Shown here: in pieces, positions 9,819-18,597 of the stretch | Numbering within the stretch: position 1 is the first letter of the stretch | How the letters are laid out: every line of letters starts with the position of its first letter | Source of the DNA: an uncultured Bacillales bacterium | GTDB lineage: Bacteria > Bacillota_I > Bacilli_A > RF39 > UBA660 | DNA length: 64,000 nt | Direction: 5' to 3' | NCBI GenBank assembly: GCA_946534345.1 | Contig: CAMNCL010000005.1 | Coordinates: 435 to 64,434, forward strand | Made by a program: the position numbers and the translations under genes | The notes under the pieces: model-generated | What the model saw: only the letters and a program-made list of their open reading frames with translations | The model's database searches: none | Told to the model about the DNA's origin: nothing

Positions 9819-9892
9819 ATAGCACCTCCAAATTACATTTATTATATCACAATATAGATAAACATGTTATAATTACATTAGGAGATGATAAT

Positions 9893-10327
9893 ATGGCTTA
9901 TGTTGAAGTACTAGGATTGAATCCTGGGCAAACAGTTAATGATGCGATTGAGACTTTCTTAAATTTACAGCTTCAAGGATTAACTGATGATAATACAATT
10001 GTAGATGTAAATGATCGAGAATATCCAATTGGCTTCTTTAATGATAGTACTATGGACTTATTTAAATTAGGAGTTACTACTATTGACAATATTAGTTTTC
10101 TAATTGGTAAAGGTCATGAAGAATTTGATGAAGCTTATAAACAACAAACCAATTATTTTGTGGAACAATTACTTGAAAAATATGATAAACCTGGAAAAAT
10201 CGGATTAATAATTGATTCTTTCTCAAGGATCGCTGAAGCAAATGGTCAAACTTTGTTAGATCAAGATCAAAAAAGAGTTCTTGAAGAAAAATTAAAAGAA
10301 TCAAGTATAGAAAACAAATCAAAATAA
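9893..10327 (+). CDS. hypothetical protein
   Basis: The ORF track starts at 9752, but a GGAG site at 9881..9884 precedes the ATG at 9893 (MAYVEVLGLNPGQ...). The upstream part would overlap the rluD start. I recognised no motif. Confidence 0.6.
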   Translation: MAYVEVLGLNPGQTVNDAIETFLNLQLQGLTDDNTIVDVNDREYPIGFFNDSTMDLFKLGVTTIDNISFLIGKGHEEFDEAYKQQTNYFVEQLLEKYDKPGKIGLIIDSFSRIAEANGQTLLDQDQKRVLEEKLKESSIENKSK

Positions 10328-10356
10328 AAAAGGAATTATAAAATTCCTTTTTTTTA
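10328..10356. terminator. bidirectional rho-independent terminator between convergent genes
   Basis: aaaggaatt-ataa-aattccttt hairpin with an A-run on one side and a T-run on the other. Confidence 0.7.
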
Positions 10357-10773
10357 ATCACCAATTTCAATGTATTTTTTATTAGATTTCTTTTCTTCTG
10401 GTTTTACTTTAGGTACTTCTAGATTTAAAATACCATTTTTGAAACTAGCTTTAATTTCATCTTCTTTTACATCTTCTCCTACATAGAAGCTACGGCTACA
10501 TTCACCACTAAATCTTTCACGTCTTACGAATTTACCTTTTTCTTTATCTTCTTTTTCTTGAGAAGTTTTTGCATTAATAGTTAAATATCCATCAGTGATA
10601 TCTACTTTAATATCTTCTTTTTTATATCCTGGAAGATCGATATCTAGGATATAACTATCCTCTGTTTCTTTTATATCAGTTTTCATTAGATTGTTTTTTT
10701 CACTTTTGAAAAAATCATCTTTAAAAAAGTCATCACCAAATAAATCGAAATCTCTTCTTGGCATTAACATCAT
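10354..10773 (-). CDS. Hsp20/alpha-crystallin family small heat-shock protein
   Basis: The alpha-crystallin domain pattern is present: DIKETEDSYILDIDLPGYKKEDIKVDI ... SFKNGILNLEVPK. I moved the start to the ATG at 10773, which follows an AGGAAG site. The track start is a TTG adjacent to that site. Confidence 0.9.
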   Translation of the reverse strand: MMLMPRRDFDLFGDDFFKDDFFKSEKNNLMKTDIKETEDSYILDIDLPGYKKEDIKVDITDGYLTINAKTSQEKEDKEKGKFVRRERFSGECSRSFYVGEDVKEDEIKASFKNGILNLEVPKVKPEEKKSNKKYIEIGD

Positions 10774-10819
10774 ATATATCAACTTCCTTTCTTATTACAA
10801 TTTAATACTAACACTATTT

Positions 10820-10846
10820 TTAGCACTTGTCAAGTGTAAGTGCTAA
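10820..10846 (-). promoter_or_regulatory. CIRCE-like HrcA operator overlapping the hsp20 promoter
   Basis: Minus strand reads TTAGCACTT-ACACTTGAC-AAGTGCTAA, against the consensus TTAGCACTC-N9-GAGTGCTAA. The spacer and right arm contain TTGACA, followed 17 nt later by TAGTAT. Confidence 0.8.
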
Positions 10847-10882
10847 AAAATATAAAAATAAAATGTCATTTTACATGACATT

Positions 10883-11590
10883 CTACTTTTCTTTTATTTT
10901 AACTTTAACTCCATTTTCTTTTAAATCGCTTATATCATCAAGATCTACATATTTAGTATCACCATCAATATATAAGTAATCTAAATGTTCTAAGTCATCA
11001 TAATCAATATTTGTATTCTTACTTACACTTAGATATAAATTATGAACATTATTTAGTTTTTCTAAAAAATCATCATCTATATCTAATGGAGCTTCTTCGC
11101 TACCTAGAATAAGATTATTTATTTCTTTAATGTTTTCTAAGAATGGATATCTCTTCTTAGTAAACTTTCTATTATCTTGATTCATAGTAATTGTGATAGA
11201 AACTTTATTATTAAAATTACTACCATCAATATTTCTTAAACTTTTACCACTACTATAATCATCTAAATGTAAGAATTCTAAATTATGTAATTCATTCAAG
11301 AAACTATAATCAAAATCATCATCTATTCTAATAATTAAACTATTAATATGGTCTAAATCATCATAAGTATAAATACTACCTTCAACTGTACGGTAATCAT
11401 AGAAAGTAACTAATTCTACTTTATCTTCTAAATCAATAGTTTGGTTTAATCTAGTTTTTTCTTCTTCACTTAGTTCTTTAACATTATCATGATTAATTAC
11501 TACATCTTTATTCTTTAATAAACCACAACCAGATAATAAAGTAATACTTAATACTATAGTCCCTACTTTAACAGATAATTTCTTTTCCAT
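10883..11590 (-). CDS. lipoprotein with leucine-rich-repeat-like region
   Basis: Signal peptide with a lipobox: LSITLLSGC. LxxLxL-type repeats are present (LHNLEFLHLDD, NVHNLYLSV, LEHLDYLYIDG). I moved the start to the ATG at 11590, downstream of GGAGG. The track TTG lies inside that site. Confidence 0.65.
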   Translation of the reverse strand: MEKKLSVKVGTIVLSITLLSGCGLLKNKDVVINHDNVKELSEEEKTRLNQTIDLEDKVELVTFYDYRTVEGSIYTYDDLDHINSLIIRIDDDFDYSFLNELHNLEFLHLDDYSSGKSLRNIDGSNFNNKVSITITMNQDNRKFTKKRYPFLENIKEINNLILGSEEAPLDIDDDFLEKLNNVHNLYLSVSKNTNIDYDDLEHLDYLYIDGDTKYVDLDDISDLKENGVKVKIKEK

Positions 11591-11607
11591 ATTAATAACC
11601 TCCAATA

Positions 11608-12147
11608 CTATTTCTTTATTAATTGCTTTTTATCTTCAAATGCTGAAATATGTTTTTCAGCAAATTGATCTACTGGATGGAAATTATATTGGTAATCTAA
11701 ATCTTTTGGTTTTTCTCCTCTTGTGACAGCGATTAATTCATCTCTTCTATAATTTAAATAATTAATACTATCTTCATAATTATCTAATAAGAAATTAGTT
11801 AATTTACAAAGTTCTTGAAAATTATCTTCATTAGATACATTTCTAATTCTTTCATAATAACCTAAATTATTAACTATTAATTCACTAGCATCAGTTAATA
11901 ATTCATTATCATAATCATAGAAATCTGTATCTTCCTTTACAAATACAATTGGGAATAAATTTCTTATTGTACTAATTTTTCTCCATCTGATATTCTCAGT
12001 CATTTGTTTAACAACATCTTCCCAATTACTTTGAATATCATCTATTAGTCTACCCATGTAATTATAAAAGTCTTCATAATCAGCTACACGATTATCTCCA
12101 ACATCATACGATGCATAGTCTTCTTCAAGACTAACTACAGTTTTCAC
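11608..12147 (-). CDS. hypothetical cytoplasmic protein
   Basis: 179-aa ORF, 2 nt upstream of the lipoprotein gene. I recognised no motif. Confidence 0.6.
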   Translation of the reverse strand: MKTVVSLEEDYASYDVGDNRVADYEDFYNYMGRLIDDIQSNWEDVVKQMTENIRWRKISTIRNLFPIVFVKEDTDFYDYDNELLTDASELIVNNLGYYERIRNVSNEDNFQELCKLTNFLLDNYEDSINYLNYRRDELIAVTRGEKPKDLDYQYNFHPVDQFAEKHISAFEDKKQLIKK

Positions 12148-12212
12148 AAAAACACCTCTTTTTCGTTTGGTGTCCTATTATAACACAAAAGAGCGTAAAA
12201 ATACACTCTTTT

Positions 12213-12413
12213 TTATTTTTTCTTCTTAGTTGTAGTAGCGTTGTCTACAATTCCGATGATATTATCAATTGTTTTTTGCTTTTTCTTGTCTTTTACATTC
12301 TTTTTTGCAGTTTTTAAAAGACCTTCTACAGCATCTCCTGCTTGTTCAACCTTCTTTTTATCTTTAAGTACTTCTTTAGCTTGTTTTTCTAATTCTTTTA
12401 TTAGATTACCCAT
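12213..12413 (-). CDS. small lysine-rich hypothetical protein
   Basis: 66-aa ORF, strongly basic with a poly-Lys tail. The antisense ORF in the track is its shadow. Confidence 0.45.
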   Translation of the reverse strand: MGNLIKELEKQAKEVLKDKKKVEQAGDAVEGLLKTAKKNVKDKKKQKTIDNIIGIVDNATTTKKKK

Positions 12414-12452
12414 AAAGATTCCTCCTACAATTATTATACCATAATTTTAATA

Positions 12453-13232
12453 TTAGTATAAACCCCATTCTGCTAGTTTTTCAAAACCACCTATTTCATT
12501 AATATAATCTCTAGCAATCTCAACTATCTCAGTGTATGGAATTCCATCTACTTCTTCATCACCTATAGCACAACATAGTTTTATCTCTCTATTTTCTTTT
12601 TGGGCTTTCAAGAATGCATAAATATTTATACTTACATCAGCCTTTGATAAATCTTTTCCATGAAGTCCTCCACCAGTTACAGATTCAGCCATATCAGATC
12701 CAAGTTTTCTATTAGTCGCACCACTATCGGTATTAATACCACCTATCCAGTCTCCTAATGGATTAATTACTGCATCAGGATAATCTTTTCTCAACTCTTC
12801 GCTTGATACATTACTCTGACAAATAATTAATTTATCACTTAAAATATATTTACCATCAAACGGATATTTATTATAAATATCATGAGCAATCTTTGATAAC
12901 TTTTTATCACATTCTTTTAATGGTACACCTTTAAAAATACCATTATCACCACATCTAATTTTATCTTTTTGGTTATTAGCTAAATACTCATCTTGTCTAA
13001 CTACTTGTAGATCAACAACTACTTCTCCTGCAATTCTTTTAACTATTAAATCTATTTCATCTTTTTTAAAATCTTCACTTGTTTCAATAATAATATGACA
13101 ATTACCATGTCCTAATAATACTTCAACTGCAATCTTTGGATTATCATTTTTAGTATAGGCTAAATCAACTATAGCTCCAGCTATCCTATCAGCCTGTTTG
13201 TCCGGATGTGCTGGATTAACTTTTTCTATCAT
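12453..13232 (-). CDS. miniaturised S-adenosylmethionine synthetase (MetK)-like protein
   Basis: 259 aa. PAHPDKQADRIAGAIVD compares with MetK GHPDKICDQISDAILD. CGDNGIFKG compares with GAGDQGLMFGYA. TDSGATNRKLGSDM...GGGLHGKDLSKADVS compares with GDAGLTGRKIIVDTYGG..HGGGAFSGKDPTKVDRS. It is the last gene of the S-box-controlled operon. Confidence 0.6.
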   Translation of the reverse strand: MIEKVNPAHPDKQADRIAGAIVDLAYTKNDNPKIAVEVLLGHGNCHIIIETSEDFKKDEIDLIVKRIAGEVVVDLQVVRQDEYLANNQKDKIRCGDNGIFKGVPLKECDKKLSKIAHDIYNKYPFDGKYILSDKLIICQSNVSSEELRKDYPDAVINPLGDWIGGINTDSGATNRKLGSDMAESVTGGGLHGKDLSKADVSINIYAFLKAQKENREIKLCCAIGDEEVDGIPYTEIVEIARDYINEIGGFEKLAEWGLY

Positions 13233-13233
13233 T

Positions 13234-13434
13234 TTATTCCTCCTTTAAATACTTTGAATAAGCTATTTTTCCAAATATATTATCCATACAATATATCAAA
13301 AAATTTATATCTGCATTAGACATTTTTTTTAAAGCTTTTTCTTTCTCTTTAGATGTTTTATACTCCTTTTGAAATTTTAGTATAATTTCCCTTCTCTCTT
13401 TTTCTGTTAACTCTTGTAATTCACTTAATTTCAT
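13234..13434 (-). CDS. small hypothetical protein (S-box operon gene 2)
   Basis: 66-aa ORF, 1 nt from the MetK-like gene and 9 nt from the upstream ORF. I recognised no motif. Confidence 0.5.
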   Translation of the reverse strand: MKLSELQELTEKERREIILKFQKEYKTSKEKEKALKKMSNADINFLIYCMDNIFGKIAYSKYLKEE

Positions 13435-13443
13435 TTAAACCTC

Positions 13444-13758
13444 CTAATCTAGCATTTTTAATGGATGATTTGTATCATACTTTTTATAAATATTATAGAT
13501 TTGAACAAACTCACTTTTTGTGATTGCATGATTCCCTACTGGAATTGTTAGACCAACTCCTGGTATTCCAAATGCATAAATTTTACTATTTAAATTTACA
13601 TAAATCCAATTTATTCCCGGAAAGTGTCCTTTTCTTCCCCAAGAATTGAATCCTTCTTTTTCTAAAAAAGCAATAAAATTAGAATACCATCCTTTTTTTA
13701 GTTCATCATCTTTTATTAAAAAGGCACTACTTCCAGAAGAGATTCGATTAGAATCCAT
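13444..13758 (-). CDS. hypothetical protein (S-box operon gene 1)
   Basis: 104-aa ORF. GGAGGAT precedes its ATG, directly after the riboswitch terminator. I recognised no motif. Confidence 0.55.
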   Translation of the reverse strand: MDSNRISSGSSAFLIKDDELKKGWYSNFIAFLEKEGFNSWGRKGHFPGINWIYVNLNSKIYAFGIPGVGLTIPVGNHAITKSEFVQIYNIYKKYDTNHPLKMLD

Positions 13759-13788
13759 ATATCCTCCTTCCTACATCTTGCTAGATAC

Positions 13789-13906
13789 AAAAAAAGACTC
13801 AAGATAACCTTGAGTCCTAAAGTTATCTTATAGATCTAGCATTACCACCTAACTTAATAGGTTGGTGTGACTTCATAGGGCTAGTCCCTCCATCACTCTT
13901 TATAAG
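13789..13906 (-). promoter_or_regulatory. SAM-I (S-box) riboswitch with intrinsic terminator
   Basis: Minus strand reads CUUAUAAAGAGUGAUGGAGGGACUAGCCCUAUGAAGUCACACCAACC...GGUGGUAAUGCUAGAUCUAUAAG. It matches the S-box core: CUUAUC.AGAG, GGAGGGA, GCCC.AUGAA, CAACC, GGUG..AAU, AUAAG closing P1. It is followed by GACUCAAG-GUUAU-CUUGAGUC plus U7 (13789..13817). Confidence 0.9.
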
Positions 13907-13946
13907 ATGTAAATTCATTATAACATTATTTTTATTAATATCAAGT

Positions 13947-14330
13947 CTAATTTAAATTATCATTAATTATTAACAAATATGCTTCATATGGAAAAAATAA
14001 CATATATCCAACATATTCATATATTAATATTAAATATTTGCATTTTTCCATTGTATCAGTAGCTTTTTCTAAAGCATCTTCATATTCTTTTAACTTAATA
14101 ATATCACTATTAGTAGCATTATCAAATCTAGTAACATCTAAGATATATTCTTTATATTTTATATCTATTTTTGCTTCTAAATTACTATCATTAAAATACT
14201 TATTTTCATATGCTAATAATTCTTCTTTAGAATTAATCTTATTATTTTTTATAATATCAATTAACTTTTCACAAATATCATCATTATTACTATATTTATG
14301 CTTTTCAAGTTCTTCAATTAATTCTATCAT
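13947..14330 (-). CDS. hypothetical helical protein, translationally coupled to the deaminase gene
   Basis: 127-aa ORF. Its ATG overlaps the upstream stop as ATGA (14327..14330). The C-terminus is hydrophobic/aromatic (YLILIYEYVGYMLFFPYEAYLLII). Confidence 0.55.
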   Translation of the reverse strand: MIELIEELEKHKYSNNDDICEKLIDIIKNNKINSKEELLAYENKYFNDSNLEAKIDIKYKEYILDVTRFDNATNSDIIKLKEYEDALEKATDTMEKCKYLILIYEYVGYMLFFPYEAYLLIINDNLN

Positions 14331-17299
14331 CGTATTTTACCCCCTTTATCAACAACACTTTCAATATATTCATCTAAATCATACTTTTTACTATCTACCG
14401 TTTCCTTTATACTATCAAATTTAGTCTCAATATTTAAATAATCAGCTAAGCTTAAAACTCCCATAACACCATGTCTTAAATCATCATCACTATTATAATA
14501 ATTATCCTTCTCGATTTTTCTAATATAATCATCTATTATAGACATTGTATAATCAACTTTTCCATCTATAAGCTCTAGGTTACTATTTAAAAAATCTTTT
14601 AGTTTTCTATATTCTCCTTTAAGATCATTCAAGCTTATATTACCAAAAATATTATTCCTGTTATTATAATTATTATCAACATCATCAATTCTATATTTAT
14701 TTACTACTTTAGTAGTTAAACATTCTTCAAAGTCAACTCCATAGGCTTCCATTAAATATAAAACTTCTGTTAACTCTATACGATAATTCATAACCCCTTG
14801 TAGTGAAACTAAAAGCATAGCTGCTTTTGTATAACGTTTTTCATCCAAGAATTTTTCTATTCTATCAAATGTTTTACTAATTAGCATTAACTCTGAATTG
14901 TTATAGTATAATTCATTAGATATTAAGTCTACAAAATATCTTTGTGTTTCTATAAATTCTCGTTTTAGTTTACTAATTTCTTCTCTATTTTCATCACCAT
15001 TAATTGAATACAGTTGTTTAAAATAACTTCTGACATATTTCTTTTGACTAGCAGCATTTTCATATTCTGAATAAAACTCATGTTCATCATTTTTAGAAGG
15101 CAAGTAGTCCTTAATAGACATACTCATATCTAATCCAGTATTCTTTCCCTTCTTTTTAGGTGGCTTTACTTTAGGTAAGAACAAATCAAGACATTCATCA
15201 AATTCTCCAGTACCTTTACTTTTTTCTTTACTTTTATCAAGATTTTTTTCCCTCTTTAGTTTTGAAAAAATCAATTTTACTTCTTGAGGTAAGGTCGTTA
15301 AATAAAATCCTCCACCATCAGTTCCTAAAACAACATCTATTCCATGTTTTATATATTTATCATATGGTATCTCTTTTAAAGATTTTAAGTTACCTAGTGA
15401 AAAATTTGAACTAGGACATAATTCCACTGTAACATTAAAATGTTTTAACAATTCATAGTATTCTTTTGTATCTACAAAATGAAGGGCATGTCCAAGTCTA
15501 ATGTTTAATCTATCTCTTAAAGAAAAATTATCTTTTAAATCTTTAATACGCTCTACTTCTCTATCAAAATCATCCAGAGAATGAGTTTCTAAGTATTTAA
15601 TAATTTTATATTCTCTTTTGGCTTTTTCTAATTCAAGGAGTTCACTCTCATCATAACTATAGTCTTTTGAACTAAAATCTCCTACTTTAGACTCATCTCT
15701 TTTAATTTTTTTATTCAAGGTTTCGAGTCTTCTGCTTTGTTTATTTCTCTGGGATTCTGATAGATTCTCTTTTTTTAACATGTTTATTATTTGATCCCGC
15801 TCTACGACCCTTTTCTCATAGTTTTCAATTAAATCTTTCATATCATTTTTACTAGCGTTTAAATAACGATCATGAAGCATACTTTTTCGCTTAAGGTCTT
15901 CCATGAATTCTTCTGTTATCAAGCCTTTTTTATATCTATCCATTAAATCATAGAGTTCTGCATATTCATTTTTTATTTCATCTTCGATTGATTTTAAAAT
16001 CTGTAAAGTTATAAGTGGATTAGAGGCACTCTCATCATAAAACAGTTCACCAGCATGTAATCGTAATGTAGGTTTTTTATCATTATTTCTTGAACCAACT
16101 AACAATTTTGTAGTTAAATACTTTAGTCTTGAGTAAAGTGTATTACACTCTTCTCTACTATCTGTTTTATCTTTTTCTGTAATTAAATTTTCTTCTCCCA
16201 TTAAATCAGCACCAATAACTTCAGTGGGATAATTCTCAAGTAGATCTATTAAAAAATCACAATTTCTACTAAAATCAGTTCCTTCTTGATTACGCTCATG
16301 ACTTTGTAAAAACTTAAACTCTATCTCATCAACTCTACGCTTACCAATTTTTCCAAGTATTCCTTCTATAGTTCTAGAACCAGAGTAACTAAATTCAACA
16401 TAATTAACTCCTTGCTTTTTTAATACCTCTAAACTTGTAAAAAGCAACTCAGAATAAACATCTAGTTTAAACTCATCATATAACTCTTGCTTTTTTTCAT
16501 CTAGCTGCTCCATCATCCTCTTTTTGGTCTCGTATTCAGCAACTTTGCTTTCATCTTTTTTTATTTCTTTTTTTAATTCTTTTGTCTCACTATCTAAGTT
16601 GTCATATTTTTCTTCTATATCTACTAGAAGCTTAAATTGTTTCTCTTCTTTATTTTTAGCGTGATTATAAATCGTATAATTTAACAAAGCTTGTCTAACA
16701 GGAAGTCGGTCCTTCAAATATTGGAAATCAACTTGTCTATCTACAGGAGCTTCTAATTGTTCTAAGATTTTATTATCTTTTATAGCATCATCAATTGGAA
16801 TTTCTACATATTGTGATTTATCATATTCGCCTCTAACATACTTGCGTTCAGTCATACGTGCTATTTTACCAGTTTCTTTATCAACTAGAATATAATCGAT
16901 GTATCCAAATTCTTTTACAAACCTAAGTAATTCTTCTCCACTTAATACTTCTATAAAATGAGTATGTAATTCTTTAGTAGTATCTAAATCAGGATGTGGA
17001 TTATCTTTCTTAAACATTTTCTTATTATCAGCATATTCTTTATCTAAACCCTTGCTAGCTTTATCTGAAGCAGCATTTTTAACTTCAAATGTTGTAAGAT
17101 TAACATAACTATTAAATATGCCGGTATTAATATCTATTTCACCAATAGGGTTTCCATATAATTCTAAAATATACTTGTCTTTTACTTTTCTAAAATAATA
17201 TGAATCTTTTGGAGCTCTATGATCATTAATTATAACTATATTTCCATCTATAATATCATAATCAATATATAAATATTCATTAATATTAATCTTCATCAT
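14327..17299 (-). CDS. large adenosine/AMP-deaminase-fold protein with helical insertions and extra N- and C-terminal domains
   Basis: All adenosine deaminase (ADA) metal/catalytic motifs are present in order: KELHTHF (HxH), VNYVEFSYS, VIGADLMGEE, LRLHAGE, RLGHALH, VELCPSSN, VVLGTDGGG. There are insertions of ~70 aa and ~160 aa of coiled-coil-like sequence and a ~300-aa C-terminal extension. I moved the start to the ATG at 17299, 8 nt after AGGAG. The track GTG lies within that site. Confidence 0.7.
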   Translation of the reverse strand: MMKININEYLYIDYDIIDGNIVIINDHRAPKDSYYFRKVKDKYILELYGNPIGEIDINTGIFNSYVNLTTFEVKNAASDKASKGLDKEYADNKKMFKKDNPHPDLDTTKELHTHFIEVLSGEELLRFVKEFGYIDYILVDKETGKIARMTERKYVRGEYDKSQYVEIPIDDAIKDNKILEQLEAPVDRQVDFQYLKDRLPVRQALLNYTIYNHAKNKEEKQFKLLVDIEEKYDNLDSETKELKKEIKKDESKVAEYETKKRMMEQLDEKKQELYDEFKLDVYSELLFTSLEVLKKQGVNYVEFSYSGSRTIEGILGKIGKRRVDEIEFKFLQSHERNQEGTDFSRNCDFLIDLLENYPTEVIGADLMGEENLITEKDKTDSREECNTLYSRLKYLTTKLLVGSRNNDKKPTLRLHAGELFYDESASNPLITLQILKSIEDEIKNEYAELYDLMDRYKKGLITEEFMEDLKRKSMLHDRYLNASKNDMKDLIENYEKRVVERDQIINMLKKENLSESQRNKQSRRLETLNKKIKRDESKVGDFSSKDYSYDESELLELEKAKREYKIIKYLETHSLDDFDREVERIKDLKDNFSLRDRLNIRLGHALHFVDTKEYYELLKHFNVTVELCPSSNFSLGNLKSLKEIPYDKYIKHGIDVVLGTDGGGFYLTTLPQEVKLIFSKLKREKNLDKSKEKSKGTGEFDECLDLFLPKVKPPKKKGKNTGLDMSMSIKDYLPSKNDEHEFYSEYENAASQKKYVRSYFKQLYSINGDENREEISKLKREFIETQRYFVDLISNELYYNNSELMLISKTFDRIEKFLDEKRYTKAAMLLVSLQGVMNYRIELTEVLYLMEAYGVDFEECLTTKVVNKYRIDDVDNNYNNRNNIFGNISLNDLKGEYRKLKDFLNSNLELIDGKVDYTMSIIDDYIRKIEKDNYYNSDDDLRHGVMGVLSLADYLNIETKFDSIKETVDSKKYDLDEYIESVVDKGGKIR

Positions 17300-17422
17300 T
17301 ATAATCACTCCTATATTAATATAATAACATAAAAATTATTATTAATAATAGATATATTTACTCAATAATATATCTTTTTTTTTATAGCTTTTTCTTGTAT
17401 AATTATTTAAAGGAGAGTGAAT

Positions 17423-18568
17423 ATGAAAAGAATAACCAATTCATTTGCGGGAATTCTAGGGGGATTTGTTTTTGTCGTTATTGGTATCGTGTTGTTGTGG
17501 TGGAATGAAGGAAACAATGTAAAGAATTTAAAAACTACTGGAGAGATGGATAAAGTTGTTGTAGATGTTGGAAGTGATTCTGTAGATTCAAACAACGATG
17601 GTAAATTAATTGCTACTCATGGAAAAGTAATTAATGAACAAGAATTAGTAGATAGTACTTTTAATGTAAAAGTCGTTAGCCCTATTATGAAAAGAGTTGT
17701 AGAAGTATATCAATGGGAAGAAAATTCTTCTACTGATGATGATGGTAATACTACTTACAGTTATAATAAAGTATGGGATTCAGAATTAATAGATTCTAGT
17801 GACTTCCATGATAAAGGAAAAGCTAATCCTAAAACTAAAATGTATGATGATGAAGTATATACTTCAAAAGATGTAGGTGTAGGTGCTTTTAAACTAAGTT
17901 CTAATCAAATAGAAACTTTAAGTACTAAAGCTAACTATAGTGATTTTGATACTGAAACTATTTCTAAATTAAATCTTACTGTATCAACTCATTATTTAAC
18001 TAATTCTAAAAATTTAGAAAATCCTAATATTGGAGATACTCGTATTTCATTTGTTTATAATAACTCAACTGAACTTAGTGTATTAGCAGTTCAACAAGGA
18101 AATACTTTTGTAGACTTTGTATCTTCTGCTGGTAAAAGTGTTAATAGAGTTATGGATGGTACTCATTCAGGTCATGAAATGATTAATGTAATTAAATCAG
18201 AAAATAACTTCTTAAAATGGTTATTAAGATTTATAGGTACAATACTATGTATCGGTGGAATTGGTGCTATATTAAAACCAATTAGTGCAATTACAAGTTA
18301 TATACCAATACTAGGAAGTTTAGTAGGAGCAGCTGTTGGACTAGTATCATTTGTACTAGGACTAGCACTAAGTTTAATAATTATTGCTGTTGCATGGATA
18401 AGATTTAGACCAATACTTGGAATATGCTTATTAGCAATAGTAGCTGCTTTGATAGTATTCTTAATAATGAGAAGTAAAAAACAAAAAGAAAACACTTCAG
18501 TAAGTGTTCCAGAACAACCACAACCTATTCAAGAAAATACTCAATCAGAACAAAATAATCAACAATAA
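17423..18568 (+). CDS. TMEM43/DUF1625 family membrane protein
   Basis: The N-terminus SFAGILGGFVFVVIGIVLLWWNEGNNV is typical of this family. There is a large extracytoplasmic middle region and a C-terminal cluster of TM helices. The start is the ATG 7 nt after AGGAG. Confidence 0.65.
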   Translation: MKRITNSFAGILGGFVFVVIGIVLLWWNEGNNVKNLKTTGEMDKVVVDVGSDSVDSNNDGKLIATHGKVINEQELVDSTFNVKVVSPIMKRVVEVYQWEENSSTDDDGNTTYSYNKVWDSELIDSSDFHDKGKANPKTKMYDDEVYTSKDVGVGAFKLSSNQIETLSTKANYSDFDTETISKLNLTVSTHYLTNSKNLENPNIGDTRISFVYNNSTELSVLAVQQGNTFVDFVSSAGKSVNRVMDGTHSGHEMINVIKSENNFLKWLLRFIGTILCIGGIGAILKPISAITSYIPILGSLVGAAVGLVSFVLGLALSLIIIAVAWIRFRPILGICLLAIVAALIVFLIMRSKKQKENTSVSVPEQPQPIQENTQSEQNNQQ

Positions 18569-18569
18569 G

Positions 18570-18597
18570 AAAAGTAGACTAATTAGTCTACTTTTTT
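18570..18597. terminator. bidirectional rho-independent terminator
   Basis: aagtagacta-att-agtctactt hairpin followed by T7. It lies between the convergent TMEM43-like and DUF47 genes. Confidence 0.7.

Noticed and set aside
13947-18568. A complete RADAR (RdrA+RdrB) anti-phage system around the large adenosine deaminase
   Set aside because: No RdrA-like large ATPase is adjacent. The neighbours are a 127-aa ORF, an S-box operon and a divergent TMEM43-like membrane protein. Only the RdrB-like architecture is supported.
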